Positions 11,301-18,870 of a DNA stretch of 56,755 nucleotides are shown here, one piece after another. The DNA comes from a virus (lineage: Duplodnaviria > Caudoviricetes). The DNA lies in IMG/VR virus record IMGVR_UViG_3300042879_002674, positions 1-56,755 of that record, one strand, 5' to 3'. The notes below the pieces were generated by a model that had not been told where the DNA came from, did no database searches, and worked only from the letters and a program-made list of their open reading frames with translations. Position 1 is the stretch's first letter. The number at the start of each line of letters is the position of its first letter. The translations under genes were made by a program, and so were the position numbers.

Positions 11301-11437
11301 ATTGTGATGTCAAAATCATCTGCTTCTTGTTTAAATTTATCCATTAACTGTTGCTTAACTCTTGGAGCTAATGCCTCAGATAAATTGTTTGACCAATTGT
11401 TAACTAAATGTTCTATTAATTTATGAATATTACTCAT
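8321..11437 (-). CDS. Large multidomain protein (PcfJ-like N-terminal region, cupin-like domain near the C-terminus)
   Basis: 1038 aa; CLKFGRGEQWCIT...FYLV motif; WHRD...IPKGEWHRVIKG cupin-like motif. Confidence 0.6.
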   Translation of the reverse strand: MSNIHKLIEHLVNNWSNNLSEALAPRVKQQLMDKFKQEADDFDITISDKNLSDYIDYFDARLKNNPKVTEKDLAKYPLKSLIKLVSAYKGSSKEEDDEDVSNIPDVVYNENGLIIYSGHNEENCLKFGRGEQWCITKGSFGNYRYDANRKNPTFYLVKDTNLPDSDRKSFFVVVVGSDNTYKVSDRSNNDVGGRGTEWNRWEPFSFVEQNFPSIRGLERIFRYVPIGKVELSTRQYANNAMNVEEWEVAPPDFKERYLIIRKGKKLFNDITNEKFVKTILPDNQDMATVVAKNYGMIDINTLLQEFDSFSNQNQKSIIANARRFTKVPTETLKSRGIPFSAKKAVVNGGLLDVPGNERYYVSNDDKAIIKLKFSGDDVSMGLFTEKDTYPNVKINTRTSSILRSLPRFDEMPFDALLKLTKDNLLPKDTITKVIDKSKEEDSKSAIITANTDEGEIVLDTNTFKAYKPENGEYTPVPFEDDSVQSILKSDTVGSGIQDGIVRIVGKFDSIPPTIPMSTVVSIIKQTPAEKRIVRRGDESYVIIPSNTGNELNLWNTNNPLDRSSVAFNYRDDGRFGSGKMANQEIWSEYFNYLRSQNLAYDPTQLLPLASSQYYAGEKFLAANPPLTADNIYKPAQYEGTWYIINQNNPSESRKISPSTGNLLRANLTPAKVSIILGTRPPAGAVRGTGTTRTPRTATAAAATPPATTGQVNDAVRQAIVGAGLEQGFTALPAPLRSRILSGTLVANDNGVAGRNRALGDRGRVTRIISAGQSRMYIIRLASGTMIGQASFQPEARHFIITAASAFNMGRVGNFIDALTARNLRETEDIIRVAAGALTREEIEEMKSKTKPYKDLEVTNEHIIREFDENIDPIELKWHRDNENRIVEIIGETDWKIQLENQLPISMNQPISIPKGEWHRVIKGNGKLTLKIIKEESTQYNIEGLLLTNTEDRPQKDILSDIRSLPGITIVSSKDYDLSGESSAFSNPNYYTIIKMKVDPHPYPNGFKDEDLQQLFTDIRAIKGVRNFKLNKSVEKKTV

Positions 11438-11464
11438 TACAAAATTTATTATAAATATGGGTAA

Positions 11465-11890
11465 TTATTCTTCAGTTTTATCAACTAATGGACCTCCAAC
11501 AACCCAAGCATCACAAGTTCGAGCGGCTGCGCATTTAAATTTTAAAAATCTACAGTACCCTAATTTACCAGCGTCAATTACATCAAATGGGTCTTCTGAT
11601 TCTTCATCATTACCTATTCCTTTAGCTATACAGTCTAAAGTTTTTGTTGTAATATCAAATGCCGCGCAATTACCACATAATGAAGTTTTAGCTTCTTCTA
11701 TAGAGTCAAGTTGCCACATATCTGCTTTAACTTGCCAAAATTTTTCATTAGGTTCGTTTGGATTTAAAGGACCATATCCTTGATTTTTAATAGCTTTTTG
11801 TCTATTTTGAAGATTTAATTCTATATTTTGAGTAGGAGCAGGACATTTATTCATATCTGCTTTATTTAAGATATCTACTAATTTAATCAT
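11465..11890 (-). CDS. Cys-rich hypothetical protein; start revised to MIKLVDILN
   Basis: CGNC...GYC...FKC...TCDAW; the revised ATG overlaps the upstream stop (ATGA). Confidence 0.65.
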   Translation of the reverse strand: MIKLVDILNKADMNKCPAPTQNIELNLQNRQKAIKNQGYGPLNPNEPNEKFWQVKADMWQLDSIEEAKTSLCGNCAAFDITTKTLDCIAKGIGNDEESEDPFDVIDAGKLGYCRFLKFKCAAARTCDAWVVGGPLVDKTEE

Positions 11891-12342
11891 TTTGTTTTCC
11901 CCCATTTTTTACCTTTACCTTTAGTTTTACATTGTGATGGTGTAGGACGACATGATGGGTATTTAGCTCGTTTTTCACCTTCTTTTCTACCACATGGTTT
12001 ACATTTACCATCACGGCATGTGTTACAGTCTACCCATCCACCTTCTTTACCAGGTGTTCCTTTACGTTTGAACCATTTACGTAATGATTCATCTTCATTT
12101 AATATTTTCTGAATTGCTTCTTTTAACCTAGTATATCCTGATCCGTAAGGAGCAGCTTTGCCTGATTGTGGGTCATCTGTTTCTTTTAAGCCTTTCCAAA
12201 TTTTACCTTGGCGACATCTAACAATTGCTCCTGATCTATAAGCTGAGGATTTATCAAATTTTCTTCTAGCTATGCGAAGGCAACGATCTGCTTTTTTCTT
12301 TTCTTCTAGAACAAGTTGTTCTATTAAATGTGTTAGTTCCAT
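11887..12342 (-). CDS. Basic Cys-rich hypothetical protein
   Basis: 151 aa; LRKWF...GGWVDC...KYPSCRP; leader ending LVLEE. Confidence 0.65.
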   Translation of the reverse strand: MELTHLIEQLVLEEKKKADRCLRIARRKFDKSSAYRSGAIVRCRQGKIWKGLKETDDPQSGKAAPYGSGYTRLKEAIQKILNEDESLRKWFKRKGTPGKEGGWVDCNTCRDGKCKPCGRKEGEKRAKYPSCRPTPSQCKTKGKGKKWGKTK

Positions 12343-12343
12343 A

Positions 12344-12988
12344 TTACCAGTATCCTGAAAATGTTGTTTTAAATCCTAATAACTTAGCGTAACGAGGAAG
12401 ACGACATGACCAATAACTAGCTTTTGTTCTATCTTTCTTTTGTGGGCAATTATGACGTTTAGAGAATGCTGAGCGTGCTTTAGAGTTATTTAACTTAGCT
12501 CGCAATCCACCTCCAGCCATACCAAATGATACTTTTTTAATACGTTTGGTTTTAGGATCTTTAACATAAACATAGAATTTTTTAGAACCACCACGTTTTG
12601 GTTTACCTAATGCTGGTTGTTTCTTTTCTTCTTCTAATTCTGCTTCTGTTAATATTTCGATCTCCATCATTGGTAAATCTAAAGGTACCACTTCATCTTC
12701 AAACATTCCAAAACGACCTAAATCTGTGTTTTCAAATAATTTTTTATCTTCAGCTAAAAGTTCAATAATACCTTGTTTCCATAATATACGAGCTTCATGG
12801 ATTAATTCTATATGTGATTTAGAACCAGGACGAAATATATTCTCATGGATCGGTATTTTATTAGAGATATGGTATCTCATATTTTCAGATATAGGAGAAT
12901 TATATTGTTTAGACTCGTTTAATGTTGGAGCAACATTAGGTTGTTCTAGTAAAGCTGATTTTATTGCTTCTATTATTAGTTGTTTCAT
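12344..12988 (-). CDS. Hypothetical protein with a basic C-terminal domain
   Basis: 214 aa; KKFYVYVKD...KVSFG...RHNC...YWSCR. Confidence 0.65.
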   Translation of the reverse strand: MKQLIIEAIKSALLEQPNVAPTLNESKQYNSPISENMRYHISNKIPIHENIFRPGSKSHIELIHEARILWKQGIIELLAEDKKLFENTDLGRFGMFEDEVVPLDLPMMEIEILTEAELEEEKKQPALGKPKRGGSKKFYVYVKDPKTKRIKKVSFGMAGGGLRAKLNNSKARSAFSKRHNCPQKKDRTKASYWSCRLPRYAKLLGFKTTFSGYW

Positions 12989-14184
12989 GCTGTTCTTATT
13001 TTTAAACTTAGTGGTAATATTCCTTTACCTTGAGAATCTCGTATCTCAATAAGGTAATTTACAGTACCTAATACTGGGCTGTCAGCGGTTAACTTTACCG
13101 TTAATGTTTTAGTCGCGGCATTCGGATACTTAATACTAGCATTCTTTATATCACCAACAAATCGATAAACATCATCTTCTGTTCTATTATCATAAATGAA
13201 TAATCCTTTTTCTTTTTCACGAACATACCAATATCCATAGTCATATCCTGATGCTATAAATTTTTTAAGTTCTTCAGAATTACTTATATTTGTTGGTTCA
13301 AACGTATTAGATATAGAGTTTTCTTTAGTTATGTACTCATTTAATCCTTGAGCTACTTTTTCAGAATCAATATTAAATGTTTCAAATAGTCTAGCTATAG
13401 TTGGTTTTAAATTAAATTTACTAGGATCATAAACTACTTTACCATCTTCAAAAACAATAAATGGAACATTACCTCCATTATAAAATCCACCACCTGATAT
13501 ATTTTTGATAGATAAATAAGTATCAGGTAATATTGTTATATCTGATATGGTTTTTCCTTTATTTTCAGGACCATTAAAATCAATAGGACGTTTAGTATCT
13601 TTATTCCCAGTTTGTATTACTTGTTCTGGGGTTATGTCTTCAGGATCAATACCTATTTTAGTATATAATTCTATTAAATCAGGATCAGTTATGTCTTCTA
13701 ATGAGGTACCAGCTGATGATTTAATTTTATCATAGAAATTACTCTCATATTTTTCACCTAAATTTGACCCACCAGATAATGTTATTTTGACAGGACCTTC
13801 AGAAGTATCAAATAAATACATGTTATATTTAGAACTCTTATTTATTCCCTCTTTAGGTTTAAGTATTGTAATTTGAGGATTATTAAATGTATCTTTGATA
13901 ATTTCTAAAAATTGATCAGAAGATATTTTATCCATATTACCTAATCTATACCAATCTGACTGTAGTTTAAAAGTATGCTGTTTACCTAATTTTGAATTAA
14001 TAATAGCTTGGATAGCTTTAACTGTATTTTGTTTCATACTACCTTCATTTAAACTTACATTTTGTCCTAATACTTCACTTATTAAAGATTCAAGTAATGA
14101 AATATCAGTAGGGTTACTCATATCTGGGTAACCCTTAGGGAATTTGTAAGAAACGCTATGTAGGAATTTATCGAATATATTCAT
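12985..14184 (-). CDS. Putative PD-(D/E)xK (restriction-endonuclease-fold) protein
   Basis: GEKYE helix followed by SDITI...YLSIK; N-terminal leader ending SLNE. Confidence 0.5.
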   Translation of the reverse strand: MNIFDKFLHSVSYKFPKGYPDMSNPTDISLLESLISEVLGQNVSLNEGSMKQNTVKAIQAIINSKLGKQHTFKLQSDWYRLGNMDKISSDQFLEIIKDTFNNPQITILKPKEGINKSSKYNMYLFDTSEGPVKITLSGGSNLGEKYESNFYDKIKSSAGTSLEDITDPDLIELYTKIGIDPEDITPEQVIQTGNKDTKRPIDFNGPENKGKTISDITILPDTYLSIKNISGGGFYNGGNVPFIVFEDGKVVYDPSKFNLKPTIARLFETFNIDSEKVAQGLNEYITKENSISNTFEPTNISNSEELKKFIASGYDYGYWYVREKEKGLFIYDNRTEDDVYRFVGDIKNASIKYPNAATKTLTVKLTADSPVLGTVNYLIEIRDSQGKGILPLSLKIRTA

Positions 14185-14196
14185 ATTGATAAATAT

Positions 14197-14649
14197 TTAA
14201 TGAACTAATAAATAAACTAGAGGTGCTATAATTACCACTGCTGCTCCACCTGTTATAAATGTTGATTTGACCCACTTATTCTTTTTATCAGTTATATCTG
14301 CTAATTTAACCTTTGTATTTTCATGAGCTGTGTATTCAGTATTATATTTATTTTGGAAGTCTTTAGATACAACTAATAAGTTATCGTATTCATTATTTAA
14401 ATGATCATACGCTGATCTTTCTCTTTCGATTTGTAAATCAGCATCCATAGCATACTTTTCCCATTTTGCTTTTTCAAGCTTACATCCTTCAAACTGTTTA
14501 AATTTTACTAATAATTCAATTTCTTGTTTGTTAGTAAAAAATATACCAGTATCACCACCAAAAACAATACGTTTAGGGGTTAAGTGTTGACCACATGCTA
14601 TCACGTTGGTCAATAGTAAAATTATGGATATTAGAAATGTCTTTAGCAT
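14197..14649 (-). CDS. Exported/lipoprotein-like coiled-coil protein with a C-terminal TM helix (spanin-like); start revised
   Basis: MLKTFLISIILLLTNVIAC signal peptide, coiled coil, C-terminal AAVVIIAPLVYLLV. Confidence 0.5.
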   Translation of the reverse strand: MLKTFLISIILLLTNVIACGQHLTPKRIVFGGDTGIFFTNKQEIELLVKFKQFEGCKLEKAKWEKYAMDADLQIERERSAYDHLNNEYDNLLVVSKDFQNKYNTEYTAHENTKVKLADITDKKNKWVKSTFITGGAAVVIIAPLVYLLVH

Positions 14650-14890
14650 TTTGGATTTGGATATATTGGATTTCTGTTTTAACATTTGCTTGAGCACTAT
14701 CATAATCTTGTTTTAGTTTAACATATGAATTGTTCAATGAATCTACAATATGGCTTAAACTATCAATACGATTATCAACCGGGGGTGTTATTGGTCTAGA
14801 TGTAGGGGTAATAGACTTTATTACTAATAATGAAGTTAATAATATAACTAATAACCATGGTAAAACAGGATATTTTATAAATTTTTTCAT
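14573..14890 (-). CDS. Membrane-anchored coiled-coil protein (i-spanin-like)
   Basis: N-terminal TM helix (VLPWLLVILLTSLLVI) then coiled coil; overlaps the next gene by 77 nt. Confidence 0.5.
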   Translation of the reverse strand: MKKFIKYPVLPWLLVILLTSLLVIKSITPTSRPITPPVDNRIDSLSHIVDSLNNSYVKLKQDYDSAQANVKTEIQYIQIQNAKDISNIHNFTIDQRDSMWSTLNP

Positions 14891-15447
14891 TATGCTGGTA
14901 GTGTTTCTTCAGGTGTTTCTTCTGTAGGAGGAGTCTCTTCTGTTGGAATTTCAGGGACTGTCTCATCTTCTGGTGTTTCTCCTCCTGTTGGTACTTCACC
15001 TGTTGGTTCCTCTTTATTTGGCTCTGCCCCACCACCATAGCGTAATATACGAGCTATTGAATCAGCAGCACGTTCTTCTTCATTTAAATTAGCTAAATAG
15101 AATTTTTTTCCTTCAACTTGAGCAATCCAAGAACGTTCAGTGTATATTAAATAGAAAAATTGATCATTAGCTAATATAATTTTAAATGTAGTAGGACGAG
15201 GAGCTACCCACCATATGTCAGATATAAAATCTCCATATTGGTCTGTGAGTAAATCCATTATAACTTGCTTTAACTTAGGAAATTTAGCTAGTACTGGGAA
15301 TAATTCTTCTTCAAAGTTAACATCATCTGGTGTTACACCAAATGTATCTTCTTGGGCTTCTATTGAAGTTTCACCTGCTTTTTTAGCCGCGTAAACACGT
15401 TTAGCTATAGCTTGTATTTTATCTACTAATTCTTTTCTACTTGCCAT
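14890..15447 (-). CDS. Hypothetical protein with an acidic Pro/Glu tail
   Basis: 185-aa ORF tightly packed in the operon. Confidence 0.65.
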   Translation of the reverse strand: MASRKELVDKIQAIAKRVYAAKKAGETSIEAQEDTFGVTPDDVNFEEELFPVLAKFPKLKQVIMDLLTDQYGDFISDIWWVAPRPTTFKIILANDQFFYLIYTERSWIAQVEGKKFYLANLNEEERAADSIARILRYGGGAEPNKEEPTGEVPTGGETPEDETVPEIPTEETPPTEETPEETLPA

Positions 15448-15448
15448 T

Positions 15449-16117
15449 TTATTTGCGTAAAGTGTATTCTGTTCTTTCGTCTATTTCTGGTTTGTTTTCA
15501 GCTTGGAAGTTTAAATATTGGCTAACTGATGCTATATAGTCAGCTGCTTTAGTTATTTTACTTTGTACCCATGCTTCTAATTGAGTGTCGTCATCTAACA
15601 TCTGCATTAACTCTTGTGAGTTTTTAATCAAACGGTATAATTCAGATTTAGCCATTTCACCTTCATAATCAACTTCTTCTTTAAGATCTATCCCACGTCC
15701 TTTTAATATATCAGCTTTAGTTACTTTACCATCACCTGTTAAATCAGGAAACTTTTTACTTTTTTTCTCATTTACTGGTGGTGTAGATAACTTTTTCTTA
15801 ATTATTTCTTTTAATTTAGTATCACTCATAGTCTGTACTTGTTTTTTAGCTGTGTTGATTGCACGACCCCATAATATATTTTCAGCGCTACTACCATGTT
15901 TAGCAACAGCGTTTGATATTGCTTTCCCGTCAGCTTTCATTGCTGAGTAGATGTCATTTGCTCTGTCTAAAACCGCATCTGATAGTCCTTCATTAATAGG
16001 TTCAGAAGCGTATAATGCTTTCATATAAGCCTTAGCTTTTTTAACAGATGAAGAACATCCTTTCTTTTTACCTGTCTCTTTATTATAAACACATTTGCCT
16101 CTTAATTCGTATGGCAT
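15449..16117 (-). CDS. Modular hypothetical protein with an EF-hand-like motif
   Basis: DLTGDGKVTKAD loop; modules separated by INE, VNE and LKEE. Confidence 0.6.
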   Translation of the reverse strand: MPYELRGKCVYNKETGKKKGCSSSVKKAKAYMKALYASEPINEGLSDAVLDRANDIYSAMKADGKAISNAVAKHGSSAENILWGRAINTAKKQVQTMSDTKLKEIIKKKLSTPPVNEKKSKKFPDLTGDGKVTKADILKGRGIDLKEEVDYEGEMAKSELYRLIKNSQELMQMLDDDTQLEAWVQSKITKAADYIASVSQYLNFQAENKPEIDERTEYTLRK

Positions 16118-16138
16118 ATCTATTTATTTTAAAGTTAA

Positions 16139-16156
16139 GGGGAGCATTTGCTCCCC
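16139..16156 (-). terminator. Hairpin terminator after the Hc1-like gene
   Basis: GGGGAGCA / TGCTCCCC stem followed by a T-rich tract on the minus strand. Confidence 0.65.
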
Positions 16157-16177
16157 TATAACTCAATTTTACAATTT

Positions 16178-16351
16178 TTATTTCGCTTTGTCTTCAGCAG
16201 TAGAAGCTTTACGGTACTCCGCAATTACCTTCTTAATCTCACCTGCAGTTTTACGAGCACGTCCATGTGCTGCTTTTGCTGGTTTTGAGTGTTCTGCTAC
16301 TAATAACTCGAATAACTCTTGCATTCTTTCTAATAACTCTTGACTGTTCAT
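16178..16351 (-). CDS. Histone H1-like (Hc1 family) small DNA-binding protein; not in the ORF track
   Basis: Translated by hand: MNSQELLERMQELFELLVAEHSKPAKAAHGRARKTAGEIKKVIAEYRKASTAEDKAK; the KAAxxRARK...KxxxEYRK pattern matches Hc1-like proteins. Confidence 0.75.
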   Translation of the reverse strand: MNSQELLERMQELFELLVAEHSKPAKAAHGRARKTAGEIKKVIAEYRKASTAEDKAK

Positions 16352-16374
16352 AGATTTTATTTGTTTGGTTTATA

Positions 16375-16734
16375 TTATGCTTGATCCTTAGTGATTTGTG
16401 TTTTCAAAAAGAATAAAGCGGTGTTTCCGATTTGGCGTACTAATTTGTCTTTATTTTCTCCGTCTGGTAATTGTTTAGCAGCATCTAATGCTGTTTGTAA
16501 ACCTTGGCCAACTTGTTTTTCAATTGAATCACCACCCATATCTGCTCCCATATCCATATCAGCGGTAGGTTCAATAGATATATCCTCTGAAGATACTTCT
16601 TCAGCAGGTGCTTCAGCTTCTGGTTCTATATTTAAATCTAAAGGAGGTAATTCGTCTTTTTTCTTTTTCTTTTCTAATAAAGAGATTTCTTCTTTAATGA
16701 TTTGCTGTATTAATGATTCTAATTTAGTACTCAT
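16375..16734 (-). CDS. Acidic hypothetical protein
   Basis: 119 aa; leader KLESLIQQIIKEEISLLE. Confidence 0.65.
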   Translation of the reverse strand: MSTKLESLIQQIIKEEISLLEKKKKKDELPPLDLNIEPEAEAPAEEVSSEDISIEPTADMDMGADMGGDSIEKQVGQGLQTALDAAKQLPDGENKDKLVRQIGNTALFFLKTQITKDQA

Positions 16735-16755
16735 TGTGTTTTATTATAAATATAT

Positions 16756-16965
16756 TTATTTTCTAATGGTTTTACATTCATAGCATTTCTTTTTAGATAA
16801 TGCTTCTTTAGCCATTTTTTTGATTTTATCTTGAATATCTTGAGGAAGTTTGGCTATTTCAGCTTCTTTTTCTTTTCCTTCAGCATCCCATTTATCTAAA
16901 AGATCTCTAAACATACCTTTAGTACCAGCATATTTGTCTTCAGCTAATTTATATTTGAAAGCCAT
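16756..16965 (-). CDS. Small hypothetical protein
   Basis: 69 aa, coupled to the upstream stop codon. Confidence 0.55.
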   Translation of the reverse strand: MAFKYKLAEDKYAGTKGMFRDLLDKWDAEGKEKEAEIAKLPQDIQDKIKKMAKEALSKKKCYECKTIRK

Positions 16966-17327
16966 TATCGTAAGTTTTGTAATTTGTAAATTGTTGATTT
17001 GATTAAATCTGTGATACCATCTAATAGATTCTGTATATTAGTGTCTTCAGTTGATTGGTACACTTCGTAAACTGCTTTACATAACGCGTCTAAGTAGGCT
17101 ACTACTTGTTGAGTGTTATTATACTCCATTAAGTTAAAATTAGAGTAACCTTTTACAATACCATATTTACCTTGATATGCTTCTACAATACCATCAATTA
17201 AAGGTACTATACCATCATAATAAACATTTAAAGCCATATGTTCAGCATATGACTGTGTTTGTAAATGGAAAATGTGAGCTTGGGTACGGGAGTGGAATAA
17301 ATATGATATTAACTTTACAAAATCCAT
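16965..17327 (-). CDS. Ferritin/Dps-like four-helix protein
   Basis: AHIFHLQT..YAEHMAL..YY...D..VEAYQGKYG metal-ligand pattern. Confidence 0.7.
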   Translation of the reverse strand: MDFVKLISYLFHSRTQAHIFHLQTQSYAEHMALNVYYDGIVPLIDGIVEAYQGKYGIVKGYSNFNLMEYNNTQQVVAYLDALCKAVYEVYQSTEDTNIQNLLDGITDLIKSTIYKLQNLR

Positions 17328-17353
17328 GTTTAATTTTTAATTATAAATATCGG

Positions 17354-17923
17354 CTATTTTTTCAAGCTCTCAAGATACTTAATGGTTTCTTCTTTATTCT
17401 CAAGAAGTTTTTGTTTAGCGTCACCAGACCAACATTCAATATCACCTGCTTCAGTTATATATGACTCATTTTTAGTGTTCATTTCTTCATCAATCCAAAT
17501 GTTAAATTCATGAATTAAACCATCAATATCTGAGTTGGTTACAAACTTTTCATACTCTTCAAGTAATCCTTTTTTTCTAAGGTCAGCTTCAAAATCTACC
17601 TGGCAATTAAAGCATCTTTTGTATTGTAGATAAAAGCGTTTATCTAGATGTGGTTTCATTACTTTACTACAACATGGGCAAAATAATGGTAGGTTAATTT
17701 CTTTTTTAGCAGCGTCTAATTTAGTGATGTTTTGTTTAACACCATTTTTAATAGTCCAAGTACGATCATCTTCTTCCCATATATCACCTTCTTTATGATG
17801 TTCATATTGTTTAGTATAACCAGTACCTACAGTAGCTTTTTCACCATATTTACCTTGCATAAGGTTACGAAGACGTTGTACGTCTTTTTCCTTAAACTCT
17901 TTTTTCAAAACATTTTCTGCCAT
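17354..17923 (-). CDS. Hypothetical zinc-binding protein
   Basis: CPCC...CFNC motif. Confidence 0.65.
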   Translation of the reverse strand: MAENVLKKEFKEKDVQRLRNLMQGKYGEKATVGTGYTKQYEHHKEGDIWEEDDRTWTIKNGVKQNITKLDAAKKEINLPLFCPCCSKVMKPHLDKRFYLQYKRCFNCQVDFEADLRKKGLLEEYEKFVTNSDIDGLIHEFNIWIDEEMNTKNESYITEAGDIECWSGDAKQKLLENKEETIKYLESLKK

Positions 17924-17926
17924 AAC

Positions 17927-18373
17927 TTATGATTCTTTTTCTGCTATATCATATTTAATTTTAGCATTACCTAAAATTGTTTTGATAATTTTTTTAGTTA
18001 CATCTTTTGATGGGTTATTTCCTTGTGGAAAAACTAACGTTTCACCTTTAGGTACCCATGTTAATAAACGAGTTTTTTTATCTTTTAATAAACCAGCGTA
18101 AAACTCATTTTCCATATCTTTAGTGACAGGTGGTTTTCTACCTGCTCTACGATCATATACAGTACCAAATTTTTCTTCATAATCTTTTTGAAATCTATTT
18201 CTTAAATTAGACATATAAATTCCTAAAAAATTAGGATTAGATAAAGCATCTATAACCTTATCTACAGTTGCTCCTTTAGGTGTTAGTACTAAATTATAAG
18301 TAGCTTTTAAACCAGCTGATGGTCTTTCGTCATCACCTTCATTTTCCATTAGTCTTACTAAACTGTATTTCAT
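17927..18373 (-). CDS. Hypothetical protein
   Basis: 148 aa; leader MKYSLVRLMENE. Confidence 0.6.
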   Translation of the reverse strand: MKYSLVRLMENEGDDERPSAGLKATYNLVLTPKGATVDKVIDALSNPNFLGIYMSNLRNRFQKDYEEKFGTVYDRRAGRKPPVTKDMENEFYAGLLKDKKTRLLTWVPKGETLVFPQGNNPSKDVTKKIIKTILGNAKIKYDIAEKES

Positions 18374-18870
18374 AGTCCTAGTTCTTTTAATTGTTTAATT
18401 GTATCTGCGGCAGATGTATGTAATATTCCTATTCCACCTTTATCTCTCCATTGTTGTATGTTTCTTTCCATATCATCAATAAGTATTTTATTTTCTCCTG
18501 AGTATTTTTGTTTAAATCTAGCTGGTGTTAAAATCATTTTAACATCAGGTAAATTATTTTTCTTCCATACTCGTTTACCTATTTTAGATGACTCTTCTTG
18601 GGAAGGTGCTGATAATATTATTGGGTTATATGGAGTGATATAATTCCATAATGTTTTACCATCAGGTAACCATTTTAGTTTAATCCAAAATGCAGCTCCC
18701 ATTTTATGTATTGGTTCCCAAAATTCAGGACCTTCACCTGCGCTTGCCATTGGTTTACCTGACGCTTCTTCATAACCTTTTTCAAAATCAACTAACACAC
18801 CATCTAAATCACAATAGATAGTATACTTGTCTTTTTCAACTTCTTCTAATAACTTTTTTAATTTAATCAT
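18370..18870 (-). CDS. HAD-family 5'(3')-deoxyribonucleotidase-like phosphatase
   Basis: IYCDLDGVLVDF (motif I), ILSAP (II), ILIDD (IV). Confidence 0.85.
   Translation of the reverse strand: MIKLKKLLEEVEKDKYTIYCDLDGVLVDFEKGYEEASGKPMASAGEGPEFWEPIHKMGAAFWIKLKWLPDGKTLWNYITPYNPIILSAPSQEESSKIGKRVWKKNNLPDVKMILTPARFKQKYSGENKILIDDMERNIQQWRDKGGIGILHTSAADTIKQLKELGL

Noticed and set aside
14796-15038. 80-aa minus-strand ORF, and similarly 2784..2975
   Set aside because: Out-of-frame overlap within better supported genes
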